A stretch of 64,000 bases of DNA from an uncultured Caldimicrobium sp. (GCA_964436655.1 CAYTDX010000001.1:14993-78992); one strand, 5' to 3'; counted from the first letter of the stretch, positions 42,290 through 53,408 are shown. The notes: generated from the letters alone by a model not told the origin. Translations and numbers: made by a program.

Positions 42290-42963
42290 AGTTTTTTCAA
42301 AATCACAAGGGTAAAATAATCCAATTCATCCTCATCCACTTCACTCAGATTATACCATATTTTTTCAAAGTCCTGCCCTATTCTTTTTCCAGTAAAACCG
42401 GTATATCCGTAAGTTCTGGCAAAGTCTCTGATTTCTTTTGTAAACCGATGGGTTTTCATTAAGACGATGGTATCAAAGGAGAGATATTTTTGAGGGCTCT
42501 TTAGAAAGGAGCCTGCATTAGTAATCACAACCTCTTCTCTATGAAGTGCCAAGGGAATTTTGAGACTGGCAGAAAAGCCGGAAAAAGAGCCTATACCGGG
42601 AATAATCTCTATTTCAATCCCCCTTTTTTCTATAAAACTCTGGAGATAAAAAAAGGTAGAATAAAAGGCCGGATCCCCGAGGGTAATAAAGGCCCCAGTT
42701 CTTGTGTCCGAGAGGTATGCACTTATCCTTTCGGTTAAATCCTCCCAATGCGGGGAGAGTTCTTCAACCCTCTGCATAGGGAAGTAAAGTTCCACAAGCC
42801 TTTTCTCTTCCAGAGGGATCACCTTTTTTATAATAGATAAGGCTAAGGTCTCCTTACCTCCAGTGGGATAAAAGATAAGGGGGGTATCCTTTAAGATTTT
42901 AAGACCCTTGAGAGTAATTAATTCAGGATCACCGGGGCCAACCCCTACTACATAGAGCCTCAT
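42286..42963 (-). CDS. cbiL: Cobalt-factor II (precorrin-2) C20-methyltransferase
   Basis: LYVVGVGPGDPELITLKG...TLGDPAFYSTF motifs, with CbiL-like length of 225 aa. Confidence 0.8.
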   Translation of the reverse strand: MRLYVVGVGPGDPELITLKGLKILKDTPLIFYPTGGKETLALSIIKKVIPLEEKRLVELYFPMQRVEELSPHWEDLTERISAYLSDTRTGAFITLGDPAFYSTFFYLQSFIEKRGIEIEIIPGIGSFSGFSASLKIPLALHREEVVITNAGSFLKSPQKYLSFDTIVLMKTHRFTKEIRDFARTYGYTGFTGKRIGQDFEKIWYNLSEVDEDELDYFTLVILKKL

Positions 42964-44639
42964 CTCTTTGATAGATAACCCTCTAAGATTTCAAAGACCT
43001 CTTTGACCGTAGAATAATAATCCCTCTTTTTTTCTGAGATCTTATCCAAGGACTCCTCAAGTCTTGCGGTAAATTCGTAATCCATAAAAAGGGGCGTTTT
43101 TCTTTCCAGAAACTCACAGACCCTTCTCCCAAGCTCTGTGGGTCTAAGATATCTCCCTTCCTTTTCCACATAACCCCTTGTGAAAAGAATATCAAGCATG
43201 GTGGCATAGGTGGAGGGTCTGCCGATCCCTAAGGCCTCCAATTTTTTTATCAAAGATTGGGGAGTAAATCTCTCAGGTGGCCTGGTAATGTGCTCTCTGA
43301 TTTTATAATCCTTAACCTTAAAAACGGCACCCTCTTTCAAATTAGGGACTTCCCCAGTATCCTTTTTCTCTTCTCCAAGAAGAATTAAGAATCCATCAAA
43401 GAGAAGTTTAGTTCTTTTCATTAAAAGCCTTAAGTCCTTTGGCAAGACCTCATTTCTAAACTCGTAGGTTCGCTCAAGATATTCTGCCTCTTTCATCTGG
43501 GAAGCTAAAAAGATCCTTCTGATTAGCTCATATAGGGCCTTTTCGGTTTTTCCAAGGGGAGGTGATTCTAAATTAACCTTGGTTGGCCTTACGGCTTCAT
43601 GAGCATCCTGGGCAAAGGCAGATAACCTGCCCTTCCTTTCCCCACCCACATAATGCTCTCCAAAGTGTCTGGCAATAAAATCCTTAGCCTCCCTTTTGGC
43701 TAAGGGACTTATCCTCGTGGAATCAGTTCTCATATAGGTGATGTAGCCCTCTTCATAGAGTCTCTGGGCAATTTTCATGGTGTCCTTTGGGGAGAGACCG
43801 AGAAATTTGCCTGAAAATTCTATCAGGGTACTTGTTTTTAGGGGTTGGGGAGGATATTTCTTCTGAATTTTTTCCCGCAGGTGCGAAAGTTTAATCTCCT
43901 CTCCCTTCAGATAATCTTCATAAATTTTTAAGAATTCTTCTTGATTTTGCTTTTTAAGTAATTCATTTTTTGTGAAAAGTTCAAGTTCATAAAGATTTCC
44001 GAATTCATCTTCAGCCACAACTACCAAGGAATAGCTTTTTTCAGGAATAAAGCCTTCAATCTCTCTTTCTCTCTCTACAATAAGCCTTAAGGCCGGACTT
44101 TGCACCCTTCCAGCAGAGAGGGCCTTTTTAAAATTTCTGGATAGAAAGGGGGAGATTCTATAACCAATGAGTCTGTCAAGGACTCTTCTGGCTTTCCAGG
44201 CAGTATAGAGATTTTCATTAATTTCTCTTGGATTTTTTAAGGCCTCTTTAATGCCAATTTCGGTGATTTCAAGGAGTTCAAGGCGTCTAATCTCTAAATA
44301 ATGAGATTTACTCTTCTGAATGTATTCAAAGAGGTGAAATCCTATGGCCTCTCCTTCCCGGTCTGGGTCTGTAGCAATATATACCTTTTTTACAGAGGGC
44401 AGAAGTTTTTTCAATCTGGATAAAAGGACCCTTTTCTTGGAGATAACCTCAAGATGGGGTTCAAAGGTCTGGAGATCGATTCCGAGGTTTTTGGCTGGAA
44501 GGTCCCTGATATGTCCAAGGGTGGCCATAAAAAGACAGGACTTTCCAAAATTATTGAGAATCTTATTCAGGGTTTTGATCTTACTGGGTGATTCAACGAT
44601 AAATAGGGCTTGGGTGTTATTTAAAACCTTCTTGGGCAT
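42960..44639 (-). CDS. Type IA DNA topoisomerase, short form without C-terminal zinc-ribbon repeats
   Basis: Toprim (LFIVESPSK, ATDPDREGE) and the catalytic-Tyr motif EEGYITYMRTDS. Only 559 aa, with no CxxC pairs in the tail. Confidence 0.9.
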   Translation of the reverse strand: MPKKVLNNTQALFIVESPSKIKTLNKILNNFGKSCLFMATLGHIRDLPAKNLGIDLQTFEPHLEVISKKRVLLSRLKKLLPSVKKVYIATDPDREGEAIGFHLFEYIQKSKSHYLEIRRLELLEITEIGIKEALKNPREINENLYTAWKARRVLDRLIGYRISPFLSRNFKKALSAGRVQSPALRLIVEREREIEGFIPEKSYSLVVVAEDEFGNLYELELFTKNELLKKQNQEEFLKIYEDYLKGEEIKLSHLREKIQKKYPPQPLKTSTLIEFSGKFLGLSPKDTMKIAQRLYEEGYITYMRTDSTRISPLAKREAKDFIARHFGEHYVGGERKGRLSAFAQDAHEAVRPTKVNLESPPLGKTEKALYELIRRIFLASQMKEAEYLERTYEFRNEVLPKDLRLLMKRTKLLFDGFLILLGEEKKDTGEVPNLKEGAVFKVKDYKIREHITRPPERFTPQSLIKKLEALGIGRPSTYATMLDILFTRGYVEKEGRYLRPTELGRRVCEFLERKTPLFMDYEFTARLEESLDKISEKKRDYYSTVKEVFEILEGYLSKR

Positions 44640-44702
44640 TGATGTATAAAATTAATAGGAATTCTCAAATCGTCAACCAGGATGGATGCTCCCATACAAA
44701 AC

Positions 44703-44775
44703 ACGCAACCTACGCGTTGAGGCTACCAGAAAAATCAAAAATTGTGGGTTTGGTAGCCGAGTGCACCACTTGTCT
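44703..44775. repeat. Inverted pair of degenerate REP-like units
   Basis: CGCAACCTACGCGTTGAG-GCTACC-AGAAAAATCAAAAATTG..GGTAGC-CGAGTGCACCACTTG. Confidence 0.6.
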
Positions 44776-44835
44776 TTGGTTAAAGATGGGCTAAAATAAT
44801 TTGTCAGACTTGGCAGGGCTGGAGGTTTTGACTTT

Positions 44836-45882
44836 ATGAATGATGCGGAGCGGTACAAAGAGGCAGGGGTTGACCTTGAAAAGGCCAATCTTTTAGTTGA
44901 AATAGTCAAAAAAAAGACCCAGAGACTTACTCAAAAGGGAGTTATACAGGACATCGGGGGCTATGCAGGTCTTTATTCCTTGGATGTCTCCTGCTGCAAA
45001 AATCCCGTTCTGGTATCCTCAACAGATGGGGTAGGCACAAAGATAAAGCTTGCTATCCTTGCTGATAGGCATGTAGGGATTGGGATAGACCTTGTGGCTA
45101 TGTGTGTGAACGATATTATCACCACAGGAGCTAAGCCCCTTTTCTTTCTGGACTATATTGCCATGGGGAAATTCAATGAAAAGGTCTTTAATGAACTTAT
45201 AGAGGGAATCACCCGGGGGTGTGAGACCTCACAATGTGCCCTTCTTGGTGGGGAGACCGCGGAAATGCCAGGTATGTATGCTGAAGGGGATTATGATCTT
45301 GCGGGATTTGTGGTGGGAATGGTTGAAAGAGATAAGATTATAGATGGTTCAGAGATCTCCATCGGAGATGCGGTCATTGGACTTGCTTCAAGTGGATTAC
45401 ACAGCAATGGTTTTTCTTTAGTAAGAAAGATCATCCTTGAGGAGCACAAATTACCCCTTGACCACATTCCTTCTGACCTTGGGAAAACTTTGGCTGAAGA
45501 ACTTCTTACCCCGACAAGGATCTATGTCCCCACCATATTAACCCTGATAAGTAAGGGCCAGAGGATCAAAGGTATCGCCCATATTACAGGAGGGGGCTTT
45601 TACGATAACATTCCCCGGATTTTACCCAGAAATTGTAAGGTAGTGCTTGAAAAAAAGGCCTGGGAATGGCCGCCTGTATTTAAATATCTGCAAAATCTTG
45701 GCAGGATAAGTGATGAGGAAATGTATCATGTTTTCAACTGCGGGATAGGAATGGTTCTTATTGTGGATAAATCCTCCTTAGATGAGGTATTTGCCTTTTT
45801 GAACGCCCTGGGAGAGACCTCTTATATCCTTGGACAGGTTGAAAAACTTCAGGAAGGGGAACCTCAGGTTCAGTTGGTGTAG
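44836..45882 (+). CDS. purM: Phosphoribosylformylglycinamidine cyclo-ligase (AIR synthetase)
   Basis: [25 protein letters not shown] and GGETAEMPG motifs. Confidence 0.95.
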   Translation: MNDAERYKEAGVDLEKANLLVEIVKKKTQRLTQKGVIQDIGGYAGLYSLDVSCCKNPVLVSSTDGVGTKIKLAILADRHVGIGIDLVAMCVNDIITTGAKPLFFLDYIAMGKFNEKVFNELIEGITRGCETSQCALLGGETAEMPGMYAEGDYDLAGFVVGMVERDKIIDGSEISIGDAVIGLASSGLHSNGFSLVRKIILEEHKLPLDHIPSDLGKTLAEELLTPTRIYVPTILTLISKGQRIKGIAHITGGGFYDNIPRILPRNCKVVLEKKAWEWPPVFKYLQNLGRISDEEMYHVFNCGIGMVLIVDKSSLDEVFAFLNALGETSYILGQVEKLQEGEPQVQLV

Positions 45883-45884
45883 AG

Positions 45885-46727
45885 ATGTTTTTCCAGGATG
45901 TTATAGCCAGACTCAATACCTTTTGGGCTAAAGAGGGATGTCTAATCCTTCAGCCTTATGATGTTGAAGCGGGAGCAGGGACCTTTCACCCGGCCACTTT
46001 TTTAAGGGCCCTTGGACCTGATCCCTGGGCCTGTGCTTATGTTGCCCCTTCACGCCGACCAACAGATGGAAGATATGGTGAAAACCCCAATCGCCTTCAG
46101 CATTATTATCAATATCAGGTTATCCTCAAACCTTCACCCCTTGATATTCAGGAAAAATATCTGGATAGCCTGAAATTTCTCGGCATAGACCCCACAGAAC
46201 ACGACATACGCTTTGTTGAAGATGACTGGGAGTCTCCCACTCTTGGGGCCTGGGGGCTTGGCTGGGAGGTCTGGCTTGATGGTATGGAGATTACCCAATT
46301 CACCTATTTTCAACAGGTGGGTGGCTTTGAATGTAAACCTGTTACAGTTGAGATTACCTATGGTCTTGAAAGACTTACCATGTACCTTCAGGGAATTGAC
46401 AATGTCTTTGAGCTTAAGTGGAACGAAAAGATAACCTATGGGGAGGTTCACTTAAGAGGAGAGGTTGAATTTTCCATTTTTAACTTTGAGGTTGCTGACA
46501 TAGCCTTATTAAAGGAACTCTTTGACAGATTTGAAGGAGAGGCCAAAAGGCTCTTTGAGCTTGGGCTTGCCCTTCCTGGCTATGATTATGTGCTTAAATG
46601 TTCCCATACCTTTAATCTTCTTGATGCCAGAGGGGCTTTATCCCCCGTTGAAAGGGCCAATTTTATAGCCCGGGTTAGGGCCTTAGCCAAAGGGGCGGCG
46701 GAAACCTATCTTGAGAGGACGGCATGA
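45885..46727 (+). CDS. glyQ: Glycyl-tRNA synthetase alpha subunit
   Basis: [17 protein letters not shown] and [23 protein letters not shown] are near-invariant GlyQ blocks. Confidence 0.95.
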   Translation: MFFQDVIARLNTFWAKEGCLILQPYDVEAGAGTFHPATFLRALGPDPWACAYVAPSRRPTDGRYGENPNRLQHYYQYQVILKPSPLDIQEKYLDSLKFLGIDPTEHDIRFVEDDWESPTLGAWGLGWEVWLDGMEITQFTYFQQVGGFECKPVTVEITYGLERLTMYLQGIDNVFELKWNEKITYGEVHLRGEVEFSIFNFEVADIALLKELFDRFEGEAKRLFELGLALPGYDYVLKCSHTFNLLDARGALSPVERANFIARVRALAKGAAETYLERTA

Positions 46728-48796
46728 GAAGAAACCTTCTCTTTGAAATCGGGACAGAAGAGCTTCCCGCCCGTTTTATTGAACCGGCCCTTGAAAGTAT
46801 TTTGGACTTTACTCAAAAAAGATTAGGAGAACTTGAATTAACCTATGAGGACATCAAAGTTGGGGGAACCTGCCGGAGATTAAGTCTTTTTGTTAAGGGC
46901 CTTTGGGAAAAACAACGCGACAGGGAGGAAGAGGTCCTTGGCCCATCCCTTAAGGTGGGAAAGGATGAAAAGGGAAATTTTACTCCTGCCCTCCTTGGAT
47001 TCCTGAAGAAACACTCTGCAGAACCGGAACAGGTATTTATCAAGGAAACTCCCAAGGGGTCCTACTTTTGTCTTAAGAAATCTATCCCCGGTCAAAAGAC
47101 CCTGGACCTTTTGCCAGGGTTTTTGCTGGAACTCTTACATAATATCTCTTTTCCGAAAAGGATGCGCTGGGGTGATTTTGACTTTGCCTTTGCCAGGCCC
47201 CTGAAATGGCTTCTTGCCCTCTATGGGGAAGAAATCATCCCCCTTGAGATCACCCGAATTCAGAGTCAGAATCTGACCTATGGACATCGTTTTCTCTCTC
47301 CTGAGGCTATGGCCATCAACTCTGCAGACTGGGAACAATACAAGGAGCTACTTTTTAAAAAATATGTGATCCTTGAGGTAGAGGAAAGACGAAAGCTTAC
47401 CCTCGAAAGCATTAAGGAGGTCTCGCTTCCTGCAGGAAATCCGGTAATAGTGGAGGACCTATTAAAGGAGAATGCCAACCTCCTTGAATTCCCCTTTCCA
47501 GTTCTGGGGCGATTTCCCGAGAGGTTTCTAAAATTGCCTGAAAAACTTGTCATTACCGCCCTTCAGGAACATCAACGCTACTTTTTCCTGAGAGATGCCA
47601 AGGGCTCGCTTCTGCCCTATTTTATTGCTGTAAACAATAATAAACCGAAGGACCCCGTGATCGTTATCAAGGGACACGAAAGGGTGGCCAAGGCAAGACT
47701 GGAGGATGCCCTTTTTTACTACGAAAGAGACATAAAAAAACCCCTTAAAAGCTATGTGGATAAACTCAAGGGTATTGTCTATCACATAAGGTGCGGGACC
47801 CTCTATGAGAAGACCGAAAGGCTTATAGCCATAGGCAAATATCTTGGAGTGGCCCTTTTCCCAGATCTACCAGAAAGGGACATAGAAAAGACCTGTCTTT
47901 ATGCCAAGGCAGATCTTGCAACTGAGGTTGTTAAAGAATTCCCGAGTCTTCAGGGTTATATGGGGAGTCACTACCTTTTCCTGGAGGGGGAACGGGAGAT
48001 CGCTCCTGCCCTTTATGAGCAATATCTCCCCTCACCCAAAGAGGAGGCCTACCCTGAAACTAAATTGGGAATAATTCTGTCTCTCTCTGACAAGTTAGAC
48101 CATCTTACAGCCCTTATTGGAGCAGGTGAAAAGTTAAGTGGGGAGGGGGATCCCTATGCCCTTCGCCGGTCTGCCTACGGGATCATTAAAATCCTGCTGG
48201 TTAAAGAAATAGACCTGAAACTTGAACCCCTTCTGAATTTCTCCCTTTTACAGGTTGAAAGACAGGGATATTTAAAAAATAAAAAGGCCTTAGAAGATCT
48301 TTTGGGATTTCTAAGAAAGCGTCTTGAAGGTGAATTTTTATCCCTTGATTTTACGAAAAATTTTATTCAGGTAGTCATGGAACAACCCTTAAACCCCCAT
48401 CTTCAACATCTAAAATTAAAGGCCCTAAGGAAGATTTATCCAAGAAAAGATTTTCAGGATCTTACTACCCTTTTTAAACGGGTAACTCAAATACTTAAAA
48501 ATATCGACCTCTCAAAACTTCCTGCTGTAAATCCTCAGCTTTTTGAGTATGCCGTGGAGCGAGACCTTTTTGAAAAAGTAAACCTTCTTGGGCCTGATTT
48601 ACTTCAACTGGAAAGAGAGAAAAGATACTTAGAATATCTGGAGAAACTCCTACAATTTAAACCCCTTATTGATCTCTTCTTTGACAATGTATTTGTCATG
48701 GTAGAGGAGGAAACTCTTCGTATGAATAGACTCTCCCTTTTAAAGGGGCTTTCAGATTATTTTTATCGCTTTGGAGATCTCTCCTTTTTAGCCTGA
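46724..48796 (+). CDS. glyS: Glycyl-tRNA synthetase beta subunit
   Basis: [13 protein letters not shown]-terminus and 690 aa length. 4-nt overlap with glyQ. Confidence 0.95.
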   Translation: MRRNLLFEIGTEELPARFIEPALESILDFTQKRLGELELTYEDIKVGGTCRRLSLFVKGLWEKQRDREEEVLGPSLKVGKDEKGNFTPALLGFLKKHSAEPEQVFIKETPKGSYFCLKKSIPGQKTLDLLPGFLLELLHNISFPKRMRWGDFDFAFARPLKWLLALYGEEIIPLEITRIQSQNLTYGHRFLSPEAMAINSADWEQYKELLFKKYVILEVEERRKLTLESIKEVSLPAGNPVIVEDLLKENANLLEFPFPVLGRFPERFLKLPEKLVITALQEHQRYFFLRDAKGSLLPYFIAVNNNKPKDPVIVIKGHERVAKARLEDALFYYERDIKKPLKSYVDKLKGIVYHIRCGTLYEKTERLIAIGKYLGVALFPDLPERDIEKTCLYAKADLATEVVKEFPSLQGYMGSHYLFLEGEREIAPALYEQYLPSPKEEAYPETKLGIILSLSDKLDHLTALIGAGEKLSGEGDPYALRRSAYGIIKILLVKEIDLKLEPLLNFSLLQVERQGYLKNKKALEDLLGFLRKRLEGEFLSLDFTKNFIQVVMEQPLNPHLQHLKLKALRKIYPRKDFQDLTTLFKRVTQILKNIDLSKLPAVNPQLFEYAVERDLFEKVNLLGPDLLQLEREKRYLEYLEKLLQFKPLIDLFFDNVFVMVEEETLRMNRLSLLKGLSDYFYRFGDLSFLA

Positions 48797-48797
48797 T

Positions 48798-50717
48798 ATG
48801 AACGAGGTAAAGCGAAGTCTGGTTATAGGCACAGCCGGTCATATAGATCATGGAAAGACTGCCCTTGTTAAGGCCTTAACAGGTATAGATACTGATCGTT
48901 TGAGAGAAGAAAAGGAAAGAGGTATCACCATTGACATTGGCTTTGCCAGGCTGATGCTTCCCTCAGGGGTTCAGGCAAGCATCGTTGATGTCCCCGGGCA
49001 CGAGAGATTTATTCGCAACATGGTGGCAGGCGCATCAGGTATTGACCTTGTCATGCTTGTTATAGCGGCTGATGAAGGAATCATGCCTCAGACAAGAGAA
49101 CATCTGGATATATGTGAACTTCTCGGAATAAAAGATGGTCTTGTGGTCTTAACGAAGACTGATCTTGTGGATGAGGAATGGCTGGAGCTTGTAAAGGCGG
49201 AGGTAGAAGAGTATCTGAAAGGGACCTTTTTGAAAGATGCCCCTATTGTGCCCTTTTCTGCCGTTACCCTGCAGGGTAAGGAAGAGCTTATTAAGATTCT
49301 GGATGCCAAGGCCCAAACCCTTAGAGTCAGGGAGAGAGCCTTGCCCTTTAGACTGCCTATAGATGGCGTTTTTCTAATCAAGGGATTTGGGCTGGTGGTT
49401 AGGGGGACAGCCCTTTCAGGGGAGGTCTCCATCAATCAGGAGCTTATGCTCTATCCCCATATCAAAAGGGTCAAGGTGAGAAATTTACAGGTCCATGGGG
49501 AGCCTGTGGAAAAGGCCTTTGCAGGTATGAGGGTGGCCATAAATCTCCTTGGTGCTGAAAAGGAGGAGATCAGCCGAGGAGATGTGATAGCAGAGCCGGA
49601 TGTCCTTGAACCCTCTCAGTGGTTAGATGTAAAAATAAGGGTATTAAAGGGAATAGATCCACCTCTTAGAATCTTTGAACCCCTTTTGTTCTATTCGGGG
49701 ACCTCAGAGGTCCTGGGAAAGTTAATCCTCTTCAATAGGGATACCCTTCAGGCTGAAGAGGACATTGCCCAGATTCTTTTACAGAAACCTCTTTGTCTCT
49801 GGCGAGGAGATAGATTTATTTTAAGAAGACCCGGGACTAATGAAACTGTTGGGGGAGGTGTGATTCTAAATCCTCTTGCCAGAAGAAGAAAAAGAACAAA
49901 GCCCTGGGAAAGGAAAGAGCTTGAATTTTTAGCCTCCTCTAAAGAGAATGAACTCCTTTTGCACTATATTGAAAAAAATGGAGTTAAGGGTATATCTCAG
50001 AGGGAACTATCATTATATACCAGTCTTTTCGGAGACAGGCTAAAAAGACACCTCACAGAGCTAAAATCTGATATAATTGACATTAAAGCAGGAGATAATC
50101 TCTATCTATTTTCGGTCAAGGCCCTTAAAGAATTAAAAGAAGAAATCGTAGAAAAATTGAGAAAATTTCACCAGAATAACCCCTTTTCACCTGGATTAAC
50201 CAAGGAATTTATTAAAAGTAGATTATCTCTTGAGCCTCGTGAAGTCCTCTTTGAAAGGGCCTTAGAGGAGTTAACTTCAGGTGGAGTTCTCCATAGAGAA
50301 AAGGAACTTTACTTTATTCCTGAATTTCGCAAAGAGTCCTCAGCCATGGAGACCTTAAGGAGAGAACTTGAAGAGAAATTTTTGCAAGAGGGACTGACTC
50401 CGAGAGATGCCGAGGAGATCCTTTTAGAATTCGGCAAGGAAGTCAAGGCAGCTGAAGAGGTATTGAAGTTATTGCTAAGAGAAGGGGTGCTTGTTAAGCT
50501 CACGGATAAACTAATTTTTCATAGCCGGGTGCTAAAAAAAATTGAAGAGGATGTAAGGGCCTTTTTCAAAAGTCATTCTGAGCTTACCATCGGGGATTTT
50601 AAAAAGATCGTCGGAGAAGGGGTTTCAAGAAAATATCTCATTCCCATAATGGAGTACCTTGATAAACAAAAAATAACCCTTAGAGTTGGGGATAAAAGAG
50701 TGCTTAGAAAGATATAA
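48798..50717 (+). CDS. selB: Selenocysteine-specific translation elongation factor SelB
   Basis: EF-Tu-like G domain ([22 protein letters not shown]) and a ~290 aa C-terminal winged-helix extension characteristic of bacterial SelB. Confidence 0.9.
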   Translation: MNEVKRSLVIGTAGHIDHGKTALVKALTGIDTDRLREEKERGITIDIGFARLMLPSGVQASIVDVPGHERFIRNMVAGASGIDLVMLVIAADEGIMPQTREHLDICELLGIKDGLVVLTKTDLVDEEWLELVKAEVEEYLKGTFLKDAPIVPFSAVTLQGKEELIKILDAKAQTLRVRERALPFRLPIDGVFLIKGFGLVVRGTALSGEVSINQELMLYPHIKRVKVRNLQVHGEPVEKAFAGMRVAINLLGAEKEEISRGDVIAEPDVLEPSQWLDVKIRVLKGIDPPLRIFEPLLFYSGTSEVLGKLILFNRDTLQAEEDIAQILLQKPLCLWRGDRFILRRPGTNETVGGGVILNPLARRRKRTKPWERKELEFLASSKENELLLHYIEKNGVKGISQRELSLYTSLFGDRLKRHLTELKSDIIDIKAGDNLYLFSVKALKELKEEIVEKLRKFHQNNPFSPGLTKEFIKSRLSLEPREVLFERALEELTSGGVLHREKELYFIPEFRKESSAMETLRRELEEKFLQEGLTPRDAEEILLEFGKEVKAAEEVLKLLLREGVLVKLTDKLIFHSRVLKKIEEDVRAFFKSHSELTIGDFKKIVGEGVSRKYLIPIMEYLDKQKITLRVGDKRVLRKI

Positions 50718-50718
50718 A

Positions 50719-53082
50719 TCACCTCTTTTTGGGGGTCTTCTTTCTTTTTGTTTTTTTGGCCGAGGTCTCTTTGGAAAGCTCATAGAATTTCTTCAGTCTT
50801 TCATAGACCCTTTTATGAAATCTTTCCGCCTTCAAACCGGTAAGAAGCTCTATGACATCATCAACTGTTTCTGCGGTAAAAAGATAAAACCTACCTCTTT
50901 TGACATCTTCCAGAATCTCCTCTTCACAGAGGAGATTATCCAGGTTTTGCACAGGGACTATCACTCCCTGTTTACCAGTGAAATTTAATATTTTACATAC
51001 CCTGTAGAATCCCTCTACCTTTTCTTTAATTCCACCAACAGGTTGAAGGTTCCCAAACTGATCTATAGAGCCAGTAACAGCAAGGTCCTGTCGAATGGGG
51101 ACCTGAGCAATAGCTGAAAGAATAGCTATCAATTCTGCACAGGAAGCACTATCTCCCTCAACGGGTTCATAGGCCTGTTCAAAGGTGAGGGTACAGGAGA
51201 GCTGGAGTGGGAAGTCCTCCCCGTATTTATGAAAGATGTATGAAGAGAGGGTAAGGACACCTTTGGTATGAATGGGGCCACTCATCTCAATTTCTCTTTC
51301 TATATTGATGACCCCTTTGGAACCGGGATAAACTGAAGCGGTAATTCTTGAAGGCCTGCCAAAGGCGTAATCCCCAAGGCTTATGACACTTAATCCATTA
51401 ATCTGTCCAATCCTTTTCCCTTCAACAGAAATAAGAATCTTGCCCTCTTTTATGTATTCTCTTATCTTTTCTTCAATTAAGTTCATACGCTTGATCTTTT
51501 CTTTTAAGGCCCTTTGAATATCCTCTGCCCTAATCTCCCCATCCCTTGCAAGCACATTGGCTTCTCTTAAGACATTTTTTATATCCTCAAGGATAAATTT
51601 CACCTTTTTTCTGTGGCCTGATTCCATTATGGAATATTTCAGGAGTTCACTTAACCCCTGGGCTGAAACCTCCTTGAGCCCCTCATCGTGAACCATTTTC
51701 TTTATAATTCCTGGAAAGGTTTTAAGCGTTAGCTCATCTAAGGGTAAAACAGGGTCAAATTCTGCTTTGATCTTAAAGAGCTCTCCGAATTCTTCGTCAT
51801 AAGTGGAGAGTAGATAATAGAGATAGGGGTCCCCAATTAGAAAGACCTTGGTAGAAAAAGGGGCAGGTTCAGGCAAAAGCCCTACATGAGGGACCGGGAT
51901 TTCCTCCATCATTCCTCCCATAAGGTGAAGCTTTTTATGCAGCAGGGCTCGTTTTAAGATAATCCACATATAGGGATTTTTCAGGATCTCCCAGAGGTCA
52001 ATAACCAGGAAACCACCATTGGCTTTATGGAGACTGCCAGCGGTAAGACTGAGGTGATCAGCATAGAGGATTCCCATCTCAGCCCTGTAATTAATCTGGC
52101 CAAAGAGACCTTTTAGAGTGGGAACCCTTTCATACACGAGAGGTGCACCCTGAGTCTGGGAATTATCAACTAAAAGATTGATTCTGAAGATATTTAAGGC
52201 CTTGTTAATTCCACTCTGGACCATAATATTTCCACGGGCCTTTTCCCACTCTATAAAAAGATGAATATTTTTGATGATTTCCCTTTTGAGGCCCTGAAAA
52301 TAAGATTTCACTTCAGGTAGATCTTTAAAGGTCTCTTCAAGCCTTTGAAAGGCTTTATTGACGAGATTTTCAGCTATTTTGTCCCTTAATTTAAAAAGGG
52401 CCTCTCCAAAGGCAGTATCAAGGTCCCGGAGCCTTCGCATATAATCTCTAAAGGTGGGTTCAAATTCCATCAAACTCTTTTGATATTCCTCACGAATTCT
52501 GGGATCTTTAAAGAGTTCCTCCTCAGAGATAGGGGCCTGGATCTTAAATAAGGGCAAAAGTTTTACCCCCTGAGGCCCAAAAAGAACCATTAGATTGTGT
52601 TTTTTAGCCTCCTCGGTAAGCTCTGCAAAGACCTTTTCTTTCTCGGCATCTATTTCTTTAGTGAGCTTAGCAAGTTCCTCTTCGTAATCCTTTCCTTCAA
52701 AGGATTTAAAGGTCTCCCTTTTTAAGAAATTTAAGACCTCTTCAAGCCCCTCCTCAAGCTTTTTCCCGTAACCTGCTGGTAATTGAAGACATTTAGGCCT
52801 TGCGGGATCCTCAAAGTTGTTGATGTAACACAGATCAGGAGGAGTTGGGAATTCCTTGGCCACCTCTTCGATGCGCTTAAGGGTATATCTCGTCCTGCCT
52901 ATACCTCTTGGGCCACAGACATAAACATTATAGCCCTCATCCCTTATTTTTAAGGCAAGGTCAAAGGCCTTTTCTAGTCGCTCTTGATGAGGAAAGATCT
53001 CTTCTGGCTGTAAATCACTGGTCCCCCTTAAAAATTGACTCTCAACTTGAAGGTCTTTAAACTCAACCCTTTTCCAGGCCAT
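50719..53082 (-). CDS. Lon-like protease with a degenerate AAA+ module (LonC-like)
   Basis: 787 aa. The Walker A position reads GPRGIGRT (Lys replaced by Arg). The C-terminal Lon proteolytic domain has GDSASCA serine and a downstream Lys. Confidence 0.75.
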   Translation of the reverse strand: MAWKRVEFKDLQVESQFLRGTSDLQPEEIFPHQERLEKAFDLALKIRDEGYNVYVCGPRGIGRTRYTLKRIEEVAKEFPTPPDLCYINNFEDPARPKCLQLPAGYGKKLEEGLEEVLNFLKRETFKSFEGKDYEEELAKLTKEIDAEKEKVFAELTEEAKKHNLMVLFGPQGVKLLPLFKIQAPISEEELFKDPRIREEYQKSLMEFEPTFRDYMRRLRDLDTAFGEALFKLRDKIAENLVNKAFQRLEETFKDLPEVKSYFQGLKREIIKNIHLFIEWEKARGNIMVQSGINKALNIFRINLLVDNSQTQGAPLVYERVPTLKGLFGQINYRAEMGILYADHLSLTAGSLHKANGGFLVIDLWEILKNPYMWIILKRALLHKKLHLMGGMMEEIPVPHVGLLPEPAPFSTKVFLIGDPYLYYLLSTYDEEFGELFKIKAEFDPVLPLDELTLKTFPGIIKKMVHDEGLKEVSAQGLSELLKYSIMESGHRKKVKFILEDIKNVLREANVLARDGEIRAEDIQRALKEKIKRMNLIEEKIREYIKEGKILISVEGKRIGQINGLSVISLGDYAFGRPSRITASVYPGSKGVINIEREIEMSGPIHTKGVLTLSSYIFHKYGEDFPLQLSCTLTFEQAYEPVEGDSASCAELIAILSAIAQVPIRQDLAVTGSIDQFGNLQPVGGIKEKVEGFYRVCKILNFTGKQGVIVPVQNLDNLLCEEEILEDVKRGRFYLFTAETVDDVIELLTGLKAERFHKRVYERLKKFYELSKETSAKKTKRKKTPKKR

Positions 53083-53172
53083 TTTGTTCTCCTCTTATCC
53101 TGAGATTATGGCATTATTTTAGAGAAAAAATTTCAAAAAACAAGTAAAAAGAGCTCCTTGCCAAAATAAATA

Positions 53173-53408
53173 GAATTCTTTACAAAATTGAGTTCTTTGC
53201 AAAATTGTTTTTTAGAGGTAGCCGCAAGACCTTTAGCCTGCGCAGGTTTTTTTAAAACAAAAAATCAAAAAAATCTAACGCAAGCTGAAGCTTGCGGCTA
53301 CCAGAACCCAGAAAAGATTTTGAATTGAAAAATCAAAAAAAATCTCACACAACTTACGGGGTTCCGCTACCAGAAACCTAAAAAGAACCATAATTTTGCA
53401 AAGGTCTC
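53173..53408. mobile_element. Best-preserved MITE-like composite: duplicated left terminal repeat, three hairpin units, right terminal repeat
   Basis: GAATTCTTTACAAAATT + GAGTTCTTTGCAAAATTGTTTTTTAGAG-GTAGC-CGCAAGACCTTTAGCCTGCG ... CGCAAGCTGAAGCTTGCG-GCTACC ... CAACTTACGGGGTTCC-GCTACC-AGAAACCTAAAAAGAACCATAATTTTGCAAAGGTCTC. Confidence 0.65.
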
